Assembly (NCBI GenBank): GCA_020062545.1
Contig: JAGUWD010000029.1
Coordinates: 15,672 to 79,671, forward strand
Source: Thermodesulfovibrionales bacterium
Lineage (GTDB): Bacteria > Nitrospirota > Thermodesulfovibrionia > Thermodesulfovibrionales > Dissulfurispiraceae
Direction: 5' to 3'
DNA: 64,000 bases
Part shown: in pieces, positions 9,941 through 18,973 of the stretch
Numbering within the stretch: position 1 is the stretch's first letter
Layout: each line of letters opens with the position of its first letter
Made by a program: the position numbers and the translations under genes
The notes under the pieces: model-generated
The model's input: the letters and a program-made list of their open reading frames with translations, nothing else
Told to the model about the DNA's origin: nothing
Database searches by the model: none

Positions 9941-10011
9941 AGCTTATGGCTCATAGCTCATTGCTCATAGGTCATAACTTATTTTTTGCTATCAGCCATC
10001 AGCTATGAGCT
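9941..10011. repeat. heptamer-array palindrome (hairpin)
   Basis: tatggct catagct cattgct cataggt cataact then inverted gctatca gccatca gctatga; gctcatagct (9949-9958) pairs perfectly with agctatgagc (10001-10010). Confidence 0.8.
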
Positions 10012-10014
10012 AAA

Positions 10015-10536
10015 TTACCTTTCTTTCTTGAATATCGCTATGTAAGGAAGATTCCTGTATTTATTGTCATAATCGAGTCCGTAGCCTACTACAAACTGGT
10101 TGGGAATCTCAAAGCCTGTATAATCAATAGGAACATCTACCGAGCGGCGCTCTTTTTTGTCCAGGAGTATGCATATCTTAAGGCTTGCAGGGCCTTTTGA
10201 GAGGATCCTTTCTCTTATATAATTGAGTGATACGCCTGTATCGATGATGTCGTCTATCAGGAGAACATGCTTCCCTGCAATATCTTCCTTTACGTCATAA
10301 TGTATCTTCACCTCTCCTGTGGATGTGCTTTTTAAATAGCTCGATGCTACAATGAAATCCACTGTAACCGGAATCTTGAGTGCCCGTACGATGTCTGCAA
10401 AAAACATGAATGAGCCTTTTAAAATCCCTACTGCGAGTATTTCTTTGCCAACGTAATCCCGTGATATTCTATCTGCCAGTTCGGTAACCTTTTCGTGGAT
10501 CTGTTCGGTCGTTAAAAACGGCTTTCCTATGATCAT
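10015..10536 (-). CDS. hpt: hypoxanthine phosphoribosyltransferase
   Basis: 173 aa; PRPP-binding VLLIDDIIDTGVSL; family-typical length and C-terminus. Confidence 0.9.
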   Translation of the reverse strand: MIIGKPFLTTEQIHEKVTELADRISRDYVGKEILAVGILKGSFMFFADIVRALKIPVTVDFIVASSYLKSTSTGEVKIHYDVKEDIAGKHVLLIDDIIDTGVSLNYIRERILSKGPASLKICILLDKKERRSVDVPIDYTGFEIPNQFVVGYGLDYDNKYRNLPYIAIFKKER

Positions 10537-10664
10537 GGCTTCCTCCGAATATTTAGTGTCAGTGATTAGCTGAAGTATTCTGCTGGCACTAATTATAACC
10601 TATGGCAATAGCGGTTTGCATTATCTATTATAGAGATAATAAAATATTCCGAGGTTACACGCCT

Positions 10665-13403
10665 ATGGTTAAAATCTTTTATACACCGCATGGATACAGA
10701 AATACCACCGAATTCCTGTTTAAAGAGGCATTAAAAAATATCCACGGTCATGATTATTCAAAAATACTCTATTTATCGCCTGCCTCGGTAAAAGTCCATG
10801 AGGCTCAAAGAATATTTCACAGAGCTATAAAAGAAGATTCATCTTGCTACATCCCTCCGGAAATGGCCACCATAATGCAGTACTGCAAAAGAATCTATTC
10901 TGTCTATGGCAACAGGAGAATACTGCATAGGTCATTAATTCCGGTTATCCTCTCAAGGCTTTGCGGCAGAGGGCTCGGCTTTTCATCAATGATTGCCGAC
11001 TTTATAAGTGACATCAAACATCTCTATCCAGATTATGACATGGATGCCATAAAGCATAGCTTCACGGATGTATTTCATGATCTAAACATACCTGAAGCTG
11101 TTGCAGAGACCATAAATGAAGGAATCGAGACATATAAGGATTATCAATCTTTTATAATGGGAAGCGGGCTTATAGATGAAGACGATGTCATGAATCAGGT
11201 TGCAGGCTACAGGCTACAGGCTATGAGTATCAATTACTCGTTACTGATTTTAGACGGATTTTACGATCCAACCCTCTCGGAAAAGAATGTGCTGAAGGAG
11301 CTTATTCAATCCTCGGAACAGACCCTTGTTGCGATACCGTACAGTAATCAGTTCAAAGGGCTGGTGGAAGGGTATGCAAATTTTTTAAAAGATAATTTCG
11401 AAATTGAAGAAACATTTGTTACCGATTCACCCATTCATTCATCTACCCATTCCTTTGCTTACTATGCCTATCCGTGTATGGAAGAAGAGGTGGAAGGCAT
11501 AGCAAGGAATATAAAATCATTATATGTATCGGGCAAGCTCAGGGATTTAAGAGAGGTAATCGTTACATTCCCTGACCTGAGCAAATATGCCTCCATGGTT
11601 GAGAGGGTCTTCCATCGCTATGGTATTCCCTATGATATCTCCAGGAACAAAACACCTGGACGGATGAGACCATTCCTTGACCTCCTGTCCCTTTTAAGGT
11701 CAGTGGCAGATGGCTATCCGAGGCTGAAGTTTTCCCAATTCCTGTCATCCGCATATTTCACCAGGATCCCCGAAGGGACCAAGAAATGGGTAGCGACCCT
11801 TTCCCTCGAGTCAGGGATTGTTTCCGGAAAGGAATCGTGGCTCAACTTTATAGAGGGAGGCTCTGAAAATGTTGATATGAGCCTTATGAAAGAAAAGGAC
11901 ACGATAGAAAAGGATATGGCATGGATTTTCGACAAGCTCCAGCCCCTTGAAGATGTCAGGAGAGGAGCGGGTATTGAGGCCTATGTTTATTTGATTCGGG
12001 ATATTCTGAATGAATTTGGTTTTCTGGCATCCACCCTTGATTCGGAGACGAGGGATCTGCGCAGGACAACCATAGAATTGCTGAAACAGATGTCTTTTTT
12101 GGGCACATTACATCCTCATCCGATTACCCTGAATGAATTCATAGATGTGTTCAACCATCTCCTTAATTCAACGCATATAGAAACAGAAGGCACAGGTGTG
12201 AGGGTAATGGATTTTTCTGAAATGCATGGCATGTCGCCGGAGTATATCTTTTTTGGAGGATTGACCGATGGAGATATGCCACGGAGGATGGGTCTGGACT
12301 ATCTGCTGCCTGACAGTGTTAAAAAAAGGCTCGGATTTTTGCATCTCGACAGGTACATAGAGACACAGCGTTTTTCTTTTCACAATGTCATAAAATCGTG
12401 CAGGAACCTGCATCTTTCCTATCCGTTGATGGAAGGTGATGACATGTTCCTTCCCTCGTCATTTTTATATCCTGGCGAGGAATTAAGGGAGAGGATTCCC
12501 GGTATCTTTTCCAGAGAGGAATACCTTATAAGACAAGGCTGCAAGCCGTTTTCTAACTATATTTCTGAAGTAGGGATGATTCCTTCTTCCCTAAATGCCT
12601 CATCTTTTTTACGCGTCACAGATATAGATGCATACAGGATGTGTCCGAGAAAATTTTTCATAGAGAGGATACTGAACCTCGAGCCCATGAATGTAAAGGA
12701 ATACGAGCTTGAGGCAGCCACAATTGGTACCATAATACACAGGATAATGGAGAAAATAATAAAGGAGCCGGTTAAAGGCATCGAAGACCTTAGGGACAGG
12801 GCGGAATCCGTAATAGACGAATCCATGAAAGACAGGAGGATCGATGCGTACTGGAAGAGGATAATAAAGGATACATTCATGGAGATACTTCCTGATATCT
12901 ACGAAAAAGAGCTTGAGATAAGGAAGGACGGATATGTTTCGACAGAGGTTGAAAGGACAATGGTCGGTGAACCGATAAAGGGAATAAGATTGAAGGGTAA
13001 GGTGGACAGGTTCGACAGGATTGGTGACGCAGTGCAGATAATAGATTATAAAACAGGAACGCCTGGCCTTAACTGCAAACAGGTATTGGAGGGGAACGAG
13101 AATCTCCAGTTGTTCCTCTATGCCGCCATGATGAAGAATCAGGGATATACAGTGAGCAGGGTGGGGATATATTCCCTGAAGGATATCGATATTAAATGGT
13201 GTCCGCCAAAGAAGACCAGAAGTCAGAAGTCAGAAGCCGGAAGTCAGAAAAACGACATGGACGATTATATAATCGCGGCGCTGAAGTTTCTTGAGGAAGC
13301 GGTAAATGACATGAGGAAAGGGAATTTCAAGGCGAGGCCGTTGAATGACTATATTTGCTGGAACTGTCATGAGTATGCATTTTGTCCGTATATACAGCAG
13401 TAA
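10665..13403 (+). CDS. addB: AddB-like helicase-nuclease subunit (inactive helicase plus PD-(D/E)XK nuclease with Fe-S staple)
   Basis: C-terminal nuclease motif DRFDRIGDAVQIIDYKTG; Cys in YRMCPRKFF plus CWNCHEYAFCPY matches the 4-Cys iron-staple arrangement; start taken at MVKIFYTPHG. Confidence 0.65.
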   Translation: MVKIFYTPHGYRNTTEFLFKEALKNIHGHDYSKILYLSPASVKVHEAQRIFHRAIKEDSSCYIPPEMATIMQYCKRIYSVYGNRRILHRSLIPVILSRLCGRGLGFSSMIADFISDIKHLYPDYDMDAIKHSFTDVFHDLNIPEAVAETINEGIETYKDYQSFIMGSGLIDEDDVMNQVAGYRLQAMSINYSLLILDGFYDPTLSEKNVLKELIQSSEQTLVAIPYSNQFKGLVEGYANFLKDNFEIEETFVTDSPIHSSTHSFAYYAYPCMEEEVEGIARNIKSLYVSGKLRDLREVIVTFPDLSKYASMVERVFHRYGIPYDISRNKTPGRMRPFLDLLSLLRSVADGYPRLKFSQFLSSAYFTRIPEGTKKWVATLSLESGIVSGKESWLNFIEGGSENVDMSLMKEKDTIEKDMAWIFDKLQPLEDVRRGAGIEAYVYLIRDILNEFGFLASTLDSETRDLRRTTIELLKQMSFLGTLHPHPITLNEFIDVFNHLLNSTHIETEGTGVRVMDFSEMHGMSPEYIFFGGLTDGDMPRRMGLDYLLPDSVKKRLGFLHLDRYIETQRFSFHNVIKSCRNLHLSYPLMEGDDMFLPSSFLYPGEELRERIPGIFSREEYLIRQGCKPFSNYISEVGMIPSSLNASSFLRVTDIDAYRMCPRKFFIERILNLEPMNVKEYELEAATIGTIIHRIMEKIIKEPVKGIEDLRDRAESVIDESMKDRRIDAYWKRIIKDTFMEILPDIYEKELEIRKDGYVSTEVERTMVGEPIKGIRLKGKVDRFDRIGDAVQIIDYKTGTPGLNCKQVLEGNENLQLFLYAAMMKNQGYTVSRVGIYSLKDIDIKWCPPKKTRSQKSEAGSQKNDMDDYIIAALKFLEEAVNDMRKGNFKARPLNDYICWNCHEYAFCPYIQQ

Positions 13404-13418
13404 GGAGGGAAATAGAGG

Positions 13419-14294
13419 ATGAAAGTCAGATTTTTGATCTCAATTGTTTGCATTTTTATTCTTATGTCATGTGCACCTAAAGAAATAGTGCAGCCGCCTG
13501 CAAAGCCTGCAAAAATAGCCTTGGTGCTCGGTGCAGGCGCATCAAAGGGATTTGCCCACATCGGCGTCCTGAAGGTTTTGGAATCCAATAAAATTCCAGT
13601 TCATATGGTAGTGGGAACGAGCGCAGGCAGTTTTGTGGGGAGCATATATGCTTATGGATATAATGCCTTTCAACTTCAGAAGATGGCTATCTCTATAGAA
13701 AAGGGCGATATAGCGGATTTGACTGTTCCTGACAATGGTTTTATTAAGGGCGAGTTACTTGAATCTTATATCAACAGAATACTGAAGAATACACCTATGG
13801 AAAAATTAAGGATACCTTTCTATGCTGTTGCGACAAACATTCAGAACGGGCAGGAAGTTGTCTTCGGCACAGGGAATACAGGCAAGGCGGTCAGAGCAAG
13901 CTGTTCGATCCCTGGCATATTCAGACCCGTAAATATTTCAGGACAGATGTATGTGGACGGCGGTGTTGTAAGTCCTGTGGCAGTGGATGCTGCAAGGAAG
14001 ATGGGTGCGGATGTAATTATCGCTGTTGACATTTCAGCAGATGTCGACAATACACAGCCAGAAAGCACAATAGAGACCATACTGCAGTCCATAAACATCA
14101 TGTATTCGAAAATCGCCAATATCCAGCTTTCAAAGGCAGATGTTGTAATAAAGCCAAAGGTGGGATACATAGGCTCTGCTGATTTTTCAAAAAGGCATGA
14201 GGCTATCCTTGAGGGCGAAAAGGCAGCACTGGAGGCACTGCCTAAGATAAACGCAGTTATCGCAAAACTAAAACAGGAAGGAAGGCTGGATTAG
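13419..14294 (+). CDS. patatin-like phospholipase (RssA-like), secreted or lipoprotein
   Basis: GAGASKG oxyanion motif, GTSAGS nucleophile elbow, DGG Asp motif; signal peptide with LMSC lipobox. Confidence 0.88.
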   Translation: MKVRFLISIVCIFILMSCAPKEIVQPPAKPAKIALVLGAGASKGFAHIGVLKVLESNKIPVHMVVGTSAGSFVGSIYAYGYNAFQLQKMAISIEKGDIADLTVPDNGFIKGELLESYINRILKNTPMEKLRIPFYAVATNIQNGQEVVFGTGNTGKAVRASCSIPGIFRPVNISGQMYVDGGVVSPVAVDAARKMGADVIIAVDISADVDNTQPESTIETILQSINIMYSKIANIQLSKADVVIKPKVGYIGSADFSKRHEAILEGEKAALEALPKINAVIAKLKQEGRLD

Positions 14295-14296
14295 GC

Positions 14297-14713
14297 ATGA
14301 AATCTTATCGTAAAGAACTCTGGTTTAATGTGCCGACTCGCAGGGCATTTATAAATATTACTCCGCAGGTCAATGAATGTCTCAAAGAAAGCGACGTTAA
14401 AGAAGGGCTTGTGCTTGTAAATGCCATGCACATTACCGCATCTGTTTTTATAAATGACGATGAATCGGGACTACATCATGATTTCGATATATGGCTTGAA
14501 AGGCTTGCTCCCCATGAACCGGTAAAAAGCTACCGCCATAATGTTGGAGAGGACAATGCAGATGCGCATCTGAAGCGGCAGATAATGGGCAGGGAAGTCG
14601 TTGTTGCCATTACCGATGGAAAGCTTGATCTGGGCCCATGGGAGCAGATCTTTTATGGAGAGTTCGACGGCAGAAGGAAAAAGAGGGTGTTGGTAAAAAT
14701 TATAGGGGAATAA
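14297..14713 (+). CDS. yjbQ: YjbQ/UPF0047-family protein (secondary thiamine-phosphate synthase)
   Basis: 138 aa; [41 protein letters not shown] motifs. Confidence 0.85.
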   Translation: MKSYRKELWFNVPTRRAFINITPQVNECLKESDVKEGLVLVNAMHITASVFINDDESGLHHDFDIWLERLAPHEPVKSYRHNVGEDNADAHLKRQIMGREVVVAITDGKLDLGPWEQIFYGEFDGRRKKRVLVKIIGE

Positions 14714-15334
14714 ATGGAAAAGCCTTCAAGAGTAGAAAAAATTTCAGACAATCTTATAGTTGAGACAGGCATGACAGCATTAGCATTTTTTGCTGCAACG
14801 CCTCTTACTGCTCTCCTTCCTGTTCTGACTAAATCTTTAGCTTACAGCAGATACAAGAAGAGAGTAAAAAAGGCTTTGTCGGAAATAGAGCAAAAACTGA
14901 CCAAACATGAAGAAAAACTTAGGAATCTTTCCGATGCTCAATATAAGATAATCAATGAAATAATATTGACTATTCTTCAGACAACTGAAGATGAGAAGAT
15001 TGCATATCTCCAAAAAGCTGTTTCAAACTGCATTGAGGAAGAAACAGTTTCAGTGTCTTTTGTATCGCAGATTTCAAGGATTTTAAGGGACATATCAGTA
15101 GAGGAATTGAGATTTTTAGTTAAATATCATAAGAGGTCAAGAATCGTTTTTAATGAAAAGACACCGAAAGAGGATGAACTAAGTGTTGAGGTAAATTCGG
15201 ATGAAGGCATCCTAATTTCCGGTTTAATCGCATTAGGCTTATTAGTGCCGGGAGCAGCTACATTTGATGAAGTCGGTCAATATCATTTTTCGCCACTGGT
15301 CGAAAAGGTGTTGAAAGTTATCGGAGTGCCATGA
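14714..15334 (+). CDS. hypothetical protein (weak resemblance to Abi-alpha/DUF4393)
   Basis: Start overlaps the yjbQ stop (TAAATG); one N-terminal hydrophobic helix, coiled-coil, ..FVSQISRILRDISVEELRFL.. segment. Confidence 0.25.
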   Translation: MEKPSRVEKISDNLIVETGMTALAFFAATPLTALLPVLTKSLAYSRYKKRVKKALSEIEQKLTKHEEKLRNLSDAQYKIINEIILTILQTTEDEKIAYLQKAVSNCIEEETVSVSFVSQISRILRDISVEELRFLVKYHKRSRIVFNEKTPKEDELSVEVNSDEGILISGLIALGLLVPGAATFDEVGQYHFSPLVEKVLKVIGVP

Positions 15335-15348
15335 TATGGATTTTTAGT

Positions 15349-15445
15349 GATTTGAAATTTGAGATTCAAAATTTCAGAATTTAAAACTTAAAACTTGAAA
15401 TTTAAGATTTCAAAAAAATCAGAATTTGAGGTTTCAAATTTGAAA
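15349..15445. repeat. ATTTGAA-type heptamer array, partly palindromic
   Basis: atttgaa atttgag attcaaa atttcag aatttaa aacttaa aacttga aatttaa gatttca ... 7-nt period over about 95 nt. Confidence 0.8.
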
Positions 15446-15474
15446 TAAAATATGGAATAACAGAAGGAGACAAT

Positions 15475-15945
15475 ATGACCTACGAGCGTTTTGAAGACTT
15501 GCCTGTGTGGAAAGCGGCAATAGGGCTTGCTGAAAAGATATACGCGCTTACGGAGAGACAACCCTTTAGAAGAAAATACAGCCTCCGCGACCAGATAGAG
15601 AGAGCTGCGCTTTCAGTGTCAAACAATATCGCAGAGGGTTTTGAACGAGGAACTACACAGGAACTCCTGACTTTTCTTTATATTGCGAGAGGTTCTGCCG
15701 GAGAAGTCCGTTCAATGCTCTGTTTTATTGAAAGGCTTCCATCTTTTAAAGATTTGAAATCTGAAATCTCAAATTTGAAATCGGAGGCCGAAGGCATCTC
15801 AAGGCAGCTTAGGGCATGGGCCGAATCCCTTCAGAATAGCGAGGTCAAAGGGCAAAGATATTTGAGCGAAAAGGAACGCAAGATCGTCCAACAGAAAAAG
15901 GATAGGGAAAAGTTTCTTGAAACGCTCAAGAATTATAAGAAATAA
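15475..15945 (+). CDS. four-helix-bundle protein (23S rRNA intervening-sequence protein / Avd-like family)
   Basis: FEDLPVWKAA..LA..IY; SLRDQIERAALSVSNNIAEGFERGT; ARGSAGEVRS family signatures; C-terminal third carries an in-frame heptamer tract (15751-15785). Confidence 0.85.
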   Translation: MTYERFEDLPVWKAAIGLAEKIYALTERQPFRRKYSLRDQIERAALSVSNNIAEGFERGTTQELLTFLYIARGSAGEVRSMLCFIERLPSFKDLKSEISNLKSEAEGISRQLRAWAESLQNSEVKGQRYLSEKERKIVQQKKDREKFLETLKNYKK

Positions 15946-15975
15946 TCTCAAATTTGAAATTTGAAATTTCAAATT
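15945..15975. repeat. ATTTGAA-type heptamer array (right flank of the Avd-like gene)
   Basis: atctcaaatttgaaatttgaaatttcaaatt. Confidence 0.75.
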
Positions 15976-15991
15976 AAAAAACAGCGATAAG

Positions 15992-18901
15992 ATGAACGAG
16001 AATTACCTTGACATATCGAAGAGCATAATGATTTCTTCTCCGGCAGGTTCAGGAAAGACGGAGAAGCTTGCGAGGAGATACATAGAGCTTCTTAAAAGCG
16101 GCTCTGATGTGGAGCGCATCCTGGCTATTACTTTTACAGAAAAGGCCGCTGCCGAGATGAAGGAAAGGATTCTGAACATCCTGAAAAAAGAGGACCCGGA
16201 ACTCTTTGAAAGAGTCAGAGAGAAGATGCCGAGGATGCGCATATCAACCATTCATTCATTTTGTTTAAAGCTTTTAAAAAGATTCTCCCTTGACCTCGAT
16301 ATAGACCCTTCTCTTGAGGTTATGGATGGTTTTAATGCGGATATCCTCTGGAGTGAGGCAGTATATGAATGTCTTCTTGAGGATAATGCCTCCAACGGAG
16401 GACTGTTTTATGAAGTAATAAAAGACAGCGGCATTAAGGGATGGAATAAGCTTTACAGTATACTTGGCGAACTCCACAGTAAAAGACCGACTATAGAGTT
16501 TGCAGTCAACAGTCAGCAGTCAACAGTCAGCAGTCAGGATCAGGAACACTTTGGAAGGATTCTGTCCATATATTCAAAATGCCTGAAAAAATATAAGAGA
16601 AAGAAAATGGAGAAACACTGCCTCGACTACAATGACCTTGAGCTTATGGCATACGAGGCCATTTCGATGAATCCTGAATGGCAGAATGTCCTTTATTCAT
16701 TTGATGAGCATACAGACCATATACTTGTTGACGAGTTTCAGGACACAAGCACGCTCCAGTGGAAGATTATAGACAAGCTCACAGAGGAGTGGCGCTCCGG
16801 GCTGGGTGCAAAAAGAGAGACCGGGGTTAACCCGACCATATTCCTTGTGGGTGATGACAAGCAGTCCATCTATTCCTTCAGGGGAGCCAATGTCAGCATA
16901 TTTAAAAATGCCAGGAAAAAACTCACGGAATGGCTTGGAGACGAGTACCATTTCATAGAGATAAAGGAGAACTATCGCAGCCTGCCTGCCATTGTCAATT
17001 TTGTTAATGCCCTCTTTGAACGGCTGATGCCAAAGGGACTTTATGACGACTACAAGATCGAATACACACCCTTTGAGGCCACAAGAGCAGGGGAAGGGGA
17101 TGTGGAACTTGAACTCCTTGACAGTATCGGCAATACAAAGGAAAACAGAAAGGCAGAGGCATTTGTTATTGCAAAGAAGATAAAGGGTCTGGCAGGGAAA
17201 TATGAAATATACGATACAGGTGGAAAAAGGAAATGCGGTTATGGAGACATGGCGATTCTCTTGAGGAGCAGGACACACCTTTCAATATTTGAGGATGCGC
17301 TGAGGAGGGAGAATATTCCCTTTATTGTCGTTAAAGGCATAGGTTTTTACAACTCCCCTGAGGTGGGTATTCTGAGAGATCTTCTGTTCTTTCTCATCGA
17401 TCCACATGATGACTACAGTCTTTTTAATATCCTCCGATCACCCTTATTCTCCATAGGATATGACACCCTGCTGAAAATTGTTAAAGATGCGGTTATTGAT
17501 GATATGCCTGCCGGTTATTTATTCGAATCGCTTAAGAGATATGCAATAGGGTTATCTGATGCTCTATTACTCAATAATTCTGTCGCTTTACTTGCTAAAT
17601 GGCTCGAAAGGGCGAAGGATACGCCGTATGCAGTGCTGCTCGAAGATATACTTGCAGAGGCAGATGCATGGCACTATTTCCATGAAAAGCAGTGCTATGT
17701 GAATGTGAAGAAATTTATAAGGCTCGTTGAGGAATTCGAATATAACGGGCTTACAGGTCTGGAGATAAGGGAGAAGCTGATCAAGGCATCCAGAAAATCC
17801 GAAGAAGCAAAGGCCAATGTCAACACAGAGGGCATGGATGCTGTGAGGATAATGACCATACATGCATCAAAGGGGCTCCAGTTCCCCATGGTGTTTCTCC
17901 CGTGCCTCGATGAGGACAGCAAGGCAAGAGGTTCCAGCAATGTGGTTATGGATGAATACGAAAACGGCATTGTTATAGCCTATGAGGAAGATTTTAATAT
18001 CAGAAAAAAGACGCCTCTTTTTCAGAGACATAAGGAAAGGCTTCAGGACGAAGAAAAGAGACTGTTTTATGTGGCAGTGACGAGGGCAATGGATTATCTC
18101 TGCATGTCGGGGGTATGGCCAGATTCCGGAACAAAATCCCCTTCAGGGAAACTGGCGTATATTGCGGATTCCTTTAACCTCATCGATATAGATTCCACAG
18201 CAGGACTGCCATTTAAGATTAATAAAATAGCCAGTAGCCAGTTGTCAGTAGCCAGTAGCCAATTGTCAGTAGCCAGTAGCCAGGTATCGGTAGCCAGTTA
18301 TCAGTCTAACGAGCCTGTATTTATCGAGCCGCTCGATTACAAGCATTCACCTGTATGGCTTGATGTCACCGAAGAGATAAATGAGGTAAGGAAAAAACAT
18401 GGCGATGACTGGGTTGTCCTGGGCAGGGCATTTCACAGGATGTTCGAGGGTATTTCAAAGGGACATATTACAATGGATAATCTAAAAAATAAGACAACGG
18501 ATATACTTAAAAATGAAGTGCTGTCCGATGCGGATGCGGATAACATGAAAAATGCTATCCTACTCGATTTTAAAAAACTTGATGAGTCCGGCCATTTGAA
18601 GGACATTATACTTCCCCGGGAAGATTCATATGCCGAGCTTCCATTTGTTCTGGACATGGGGAGCAGGATTTACAAAGGAAGGATTGACAGGCTGATTATA
18701 AAAGAGGGGCAAGGGGACAAGATTGCATATATTTATGATTATAAGACATACCCGATTTCAGAAGAAGAAATACCTGAGTTGATGGAGAGATATTTTTTCC
18801 AGATGGACATCTACAAAAAGGCTGTGGAGAGGCTCTTTTCTGTGAAGGCAAGGAGCTATATCTTTTTCACGCATGAGCCGAGGCTCGTTGAAATGGTATA
18901 A
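15992..18901 (+). CDS. addA: AddA/PcrA-like UvrD-family helicase with C-terminal PD-(D/E)XK nuclease
   Basis: Walker A SSPAGSGKTEKL, motif II ILVDEFQDTS, VGDDKQSIYSFRGA, TIHASKGLQFP, C-terminal GRIDRL...IYDYKT nuclease motif. Confidence 0.8.
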   Translation: MNENYLDISKSIMISSPAGSGKTEKLARRYIELLKSGSDVERILAITFTEKAAAEMKERILNILKKEDPELFERVREKMPRMRISTIHSFCLKLLKRFSLDLDIDPSLEVMDGFNADILWSEAVYECLLEDNASNGGLFYEVIKDSGIKGWNKLYSILGELHSKRPTIEFAVNSQQSTVSSQDQEHFGRILSIYSKCLKKYKRKKMEKHCLDYNDLELMAYEAISMNPEWQNVLYSFDEHTDHILVDEFQDTSTLQWKIIDKLTEEWRSGLGAKRETGVNPTIFLVGDDKQSIYSFRGANVSIFKNARKKLTEWLGDEYHFIEIKENYRSLPAIVNFVNALFERLMPKGLYDDYKIEYTPFEATRAGEGDVELELLDSIGNTKENRKAEAFVIAKKIKGLAGKYEIYDTGGKRKCGYGDMAILLRSRTHLSIFEDALRRENIPFIVVKGIGFYNSPEVGILRDLLFFLIDPHDDYSLFNILRSPLFSIGYDTLLKIVKDAVIDDMPAGYLFESLKRYAIGLSDALLLNNSVALLAKWLERAKDTPYAVLLEDILAEADAWHYFHEKQCYVNVKKFIRLVEEFEYNGLTGLEIREKLIKASRKSEEAKANVNTEGMDAVRIMTIHASKGLQFPMVFLPCLDEDSKARGSSNVVMDEYENGIVIAYEEDFNIRKKTPLFQRHKERLQDEEKRLFYVAVTRAMDYLCMSGVWPDSGTKSPSGKLAYIADSFNLIDIDSTAGLPFKINKIASSQLSVASSQLSVASSQVSVASYQSNEPVFIEPLDYKHSPVWLDVTEEINEVRKKHGDDWVVLGRAFHRMFEGISKGHITMDNLKNKTTDILKNEVLSDADADNMKNAILLDFKKLDESGHLKDIILPREDSYAELPFVLDMGSRIYKGRIDRLIIKEGQGDKIAYIYDYKTYPISEEEIPELMERYFFQMDIYKKAVERLFSVKARSYIFFTHEPRLVEMV

Positions 18902-18973
18902 TTAGTAAAAATAGTCAAAAGGGGATTTCATAAGGGGGACAAAGTTTCTCTTATATCCCAAAGGGAGGATATT

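Noticed and set aside
10602-10664. 21-codon extension of the addB-like ORF
   Set aside because: It is an odd hydrophobic/Tyr-rich peptide. ATG 10665 (MVKIFYTPHG) fits the family N-terminus better, although I cannot prove it.
15475-15945. Diversity-generating retroelement, because the gene is Avd-like
   Set aside because: No reverse transcriptase and no template/variable repeat pair is visible anywhere in the window.
16697-17278. 193-aa antisense ORF inside addA, and the many other 60-190-aa ORFs antisense to confident genes (for example 34762-35301, 41220-41666, 48426-48947, 47623-48075 and 1290-1691)
   Set aside because: These are shadow ORFs on the opposite strand of genes with clear family motifs. 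They have no motifs, RBS or signal of their own.
18229-18305. CRISPR array or minisatellite
   Set aside because: The repeats are contiguous 7-mers with no spacers and lie in frame inside addA. No cas genes are present. The same applies to all other tandem tracts.
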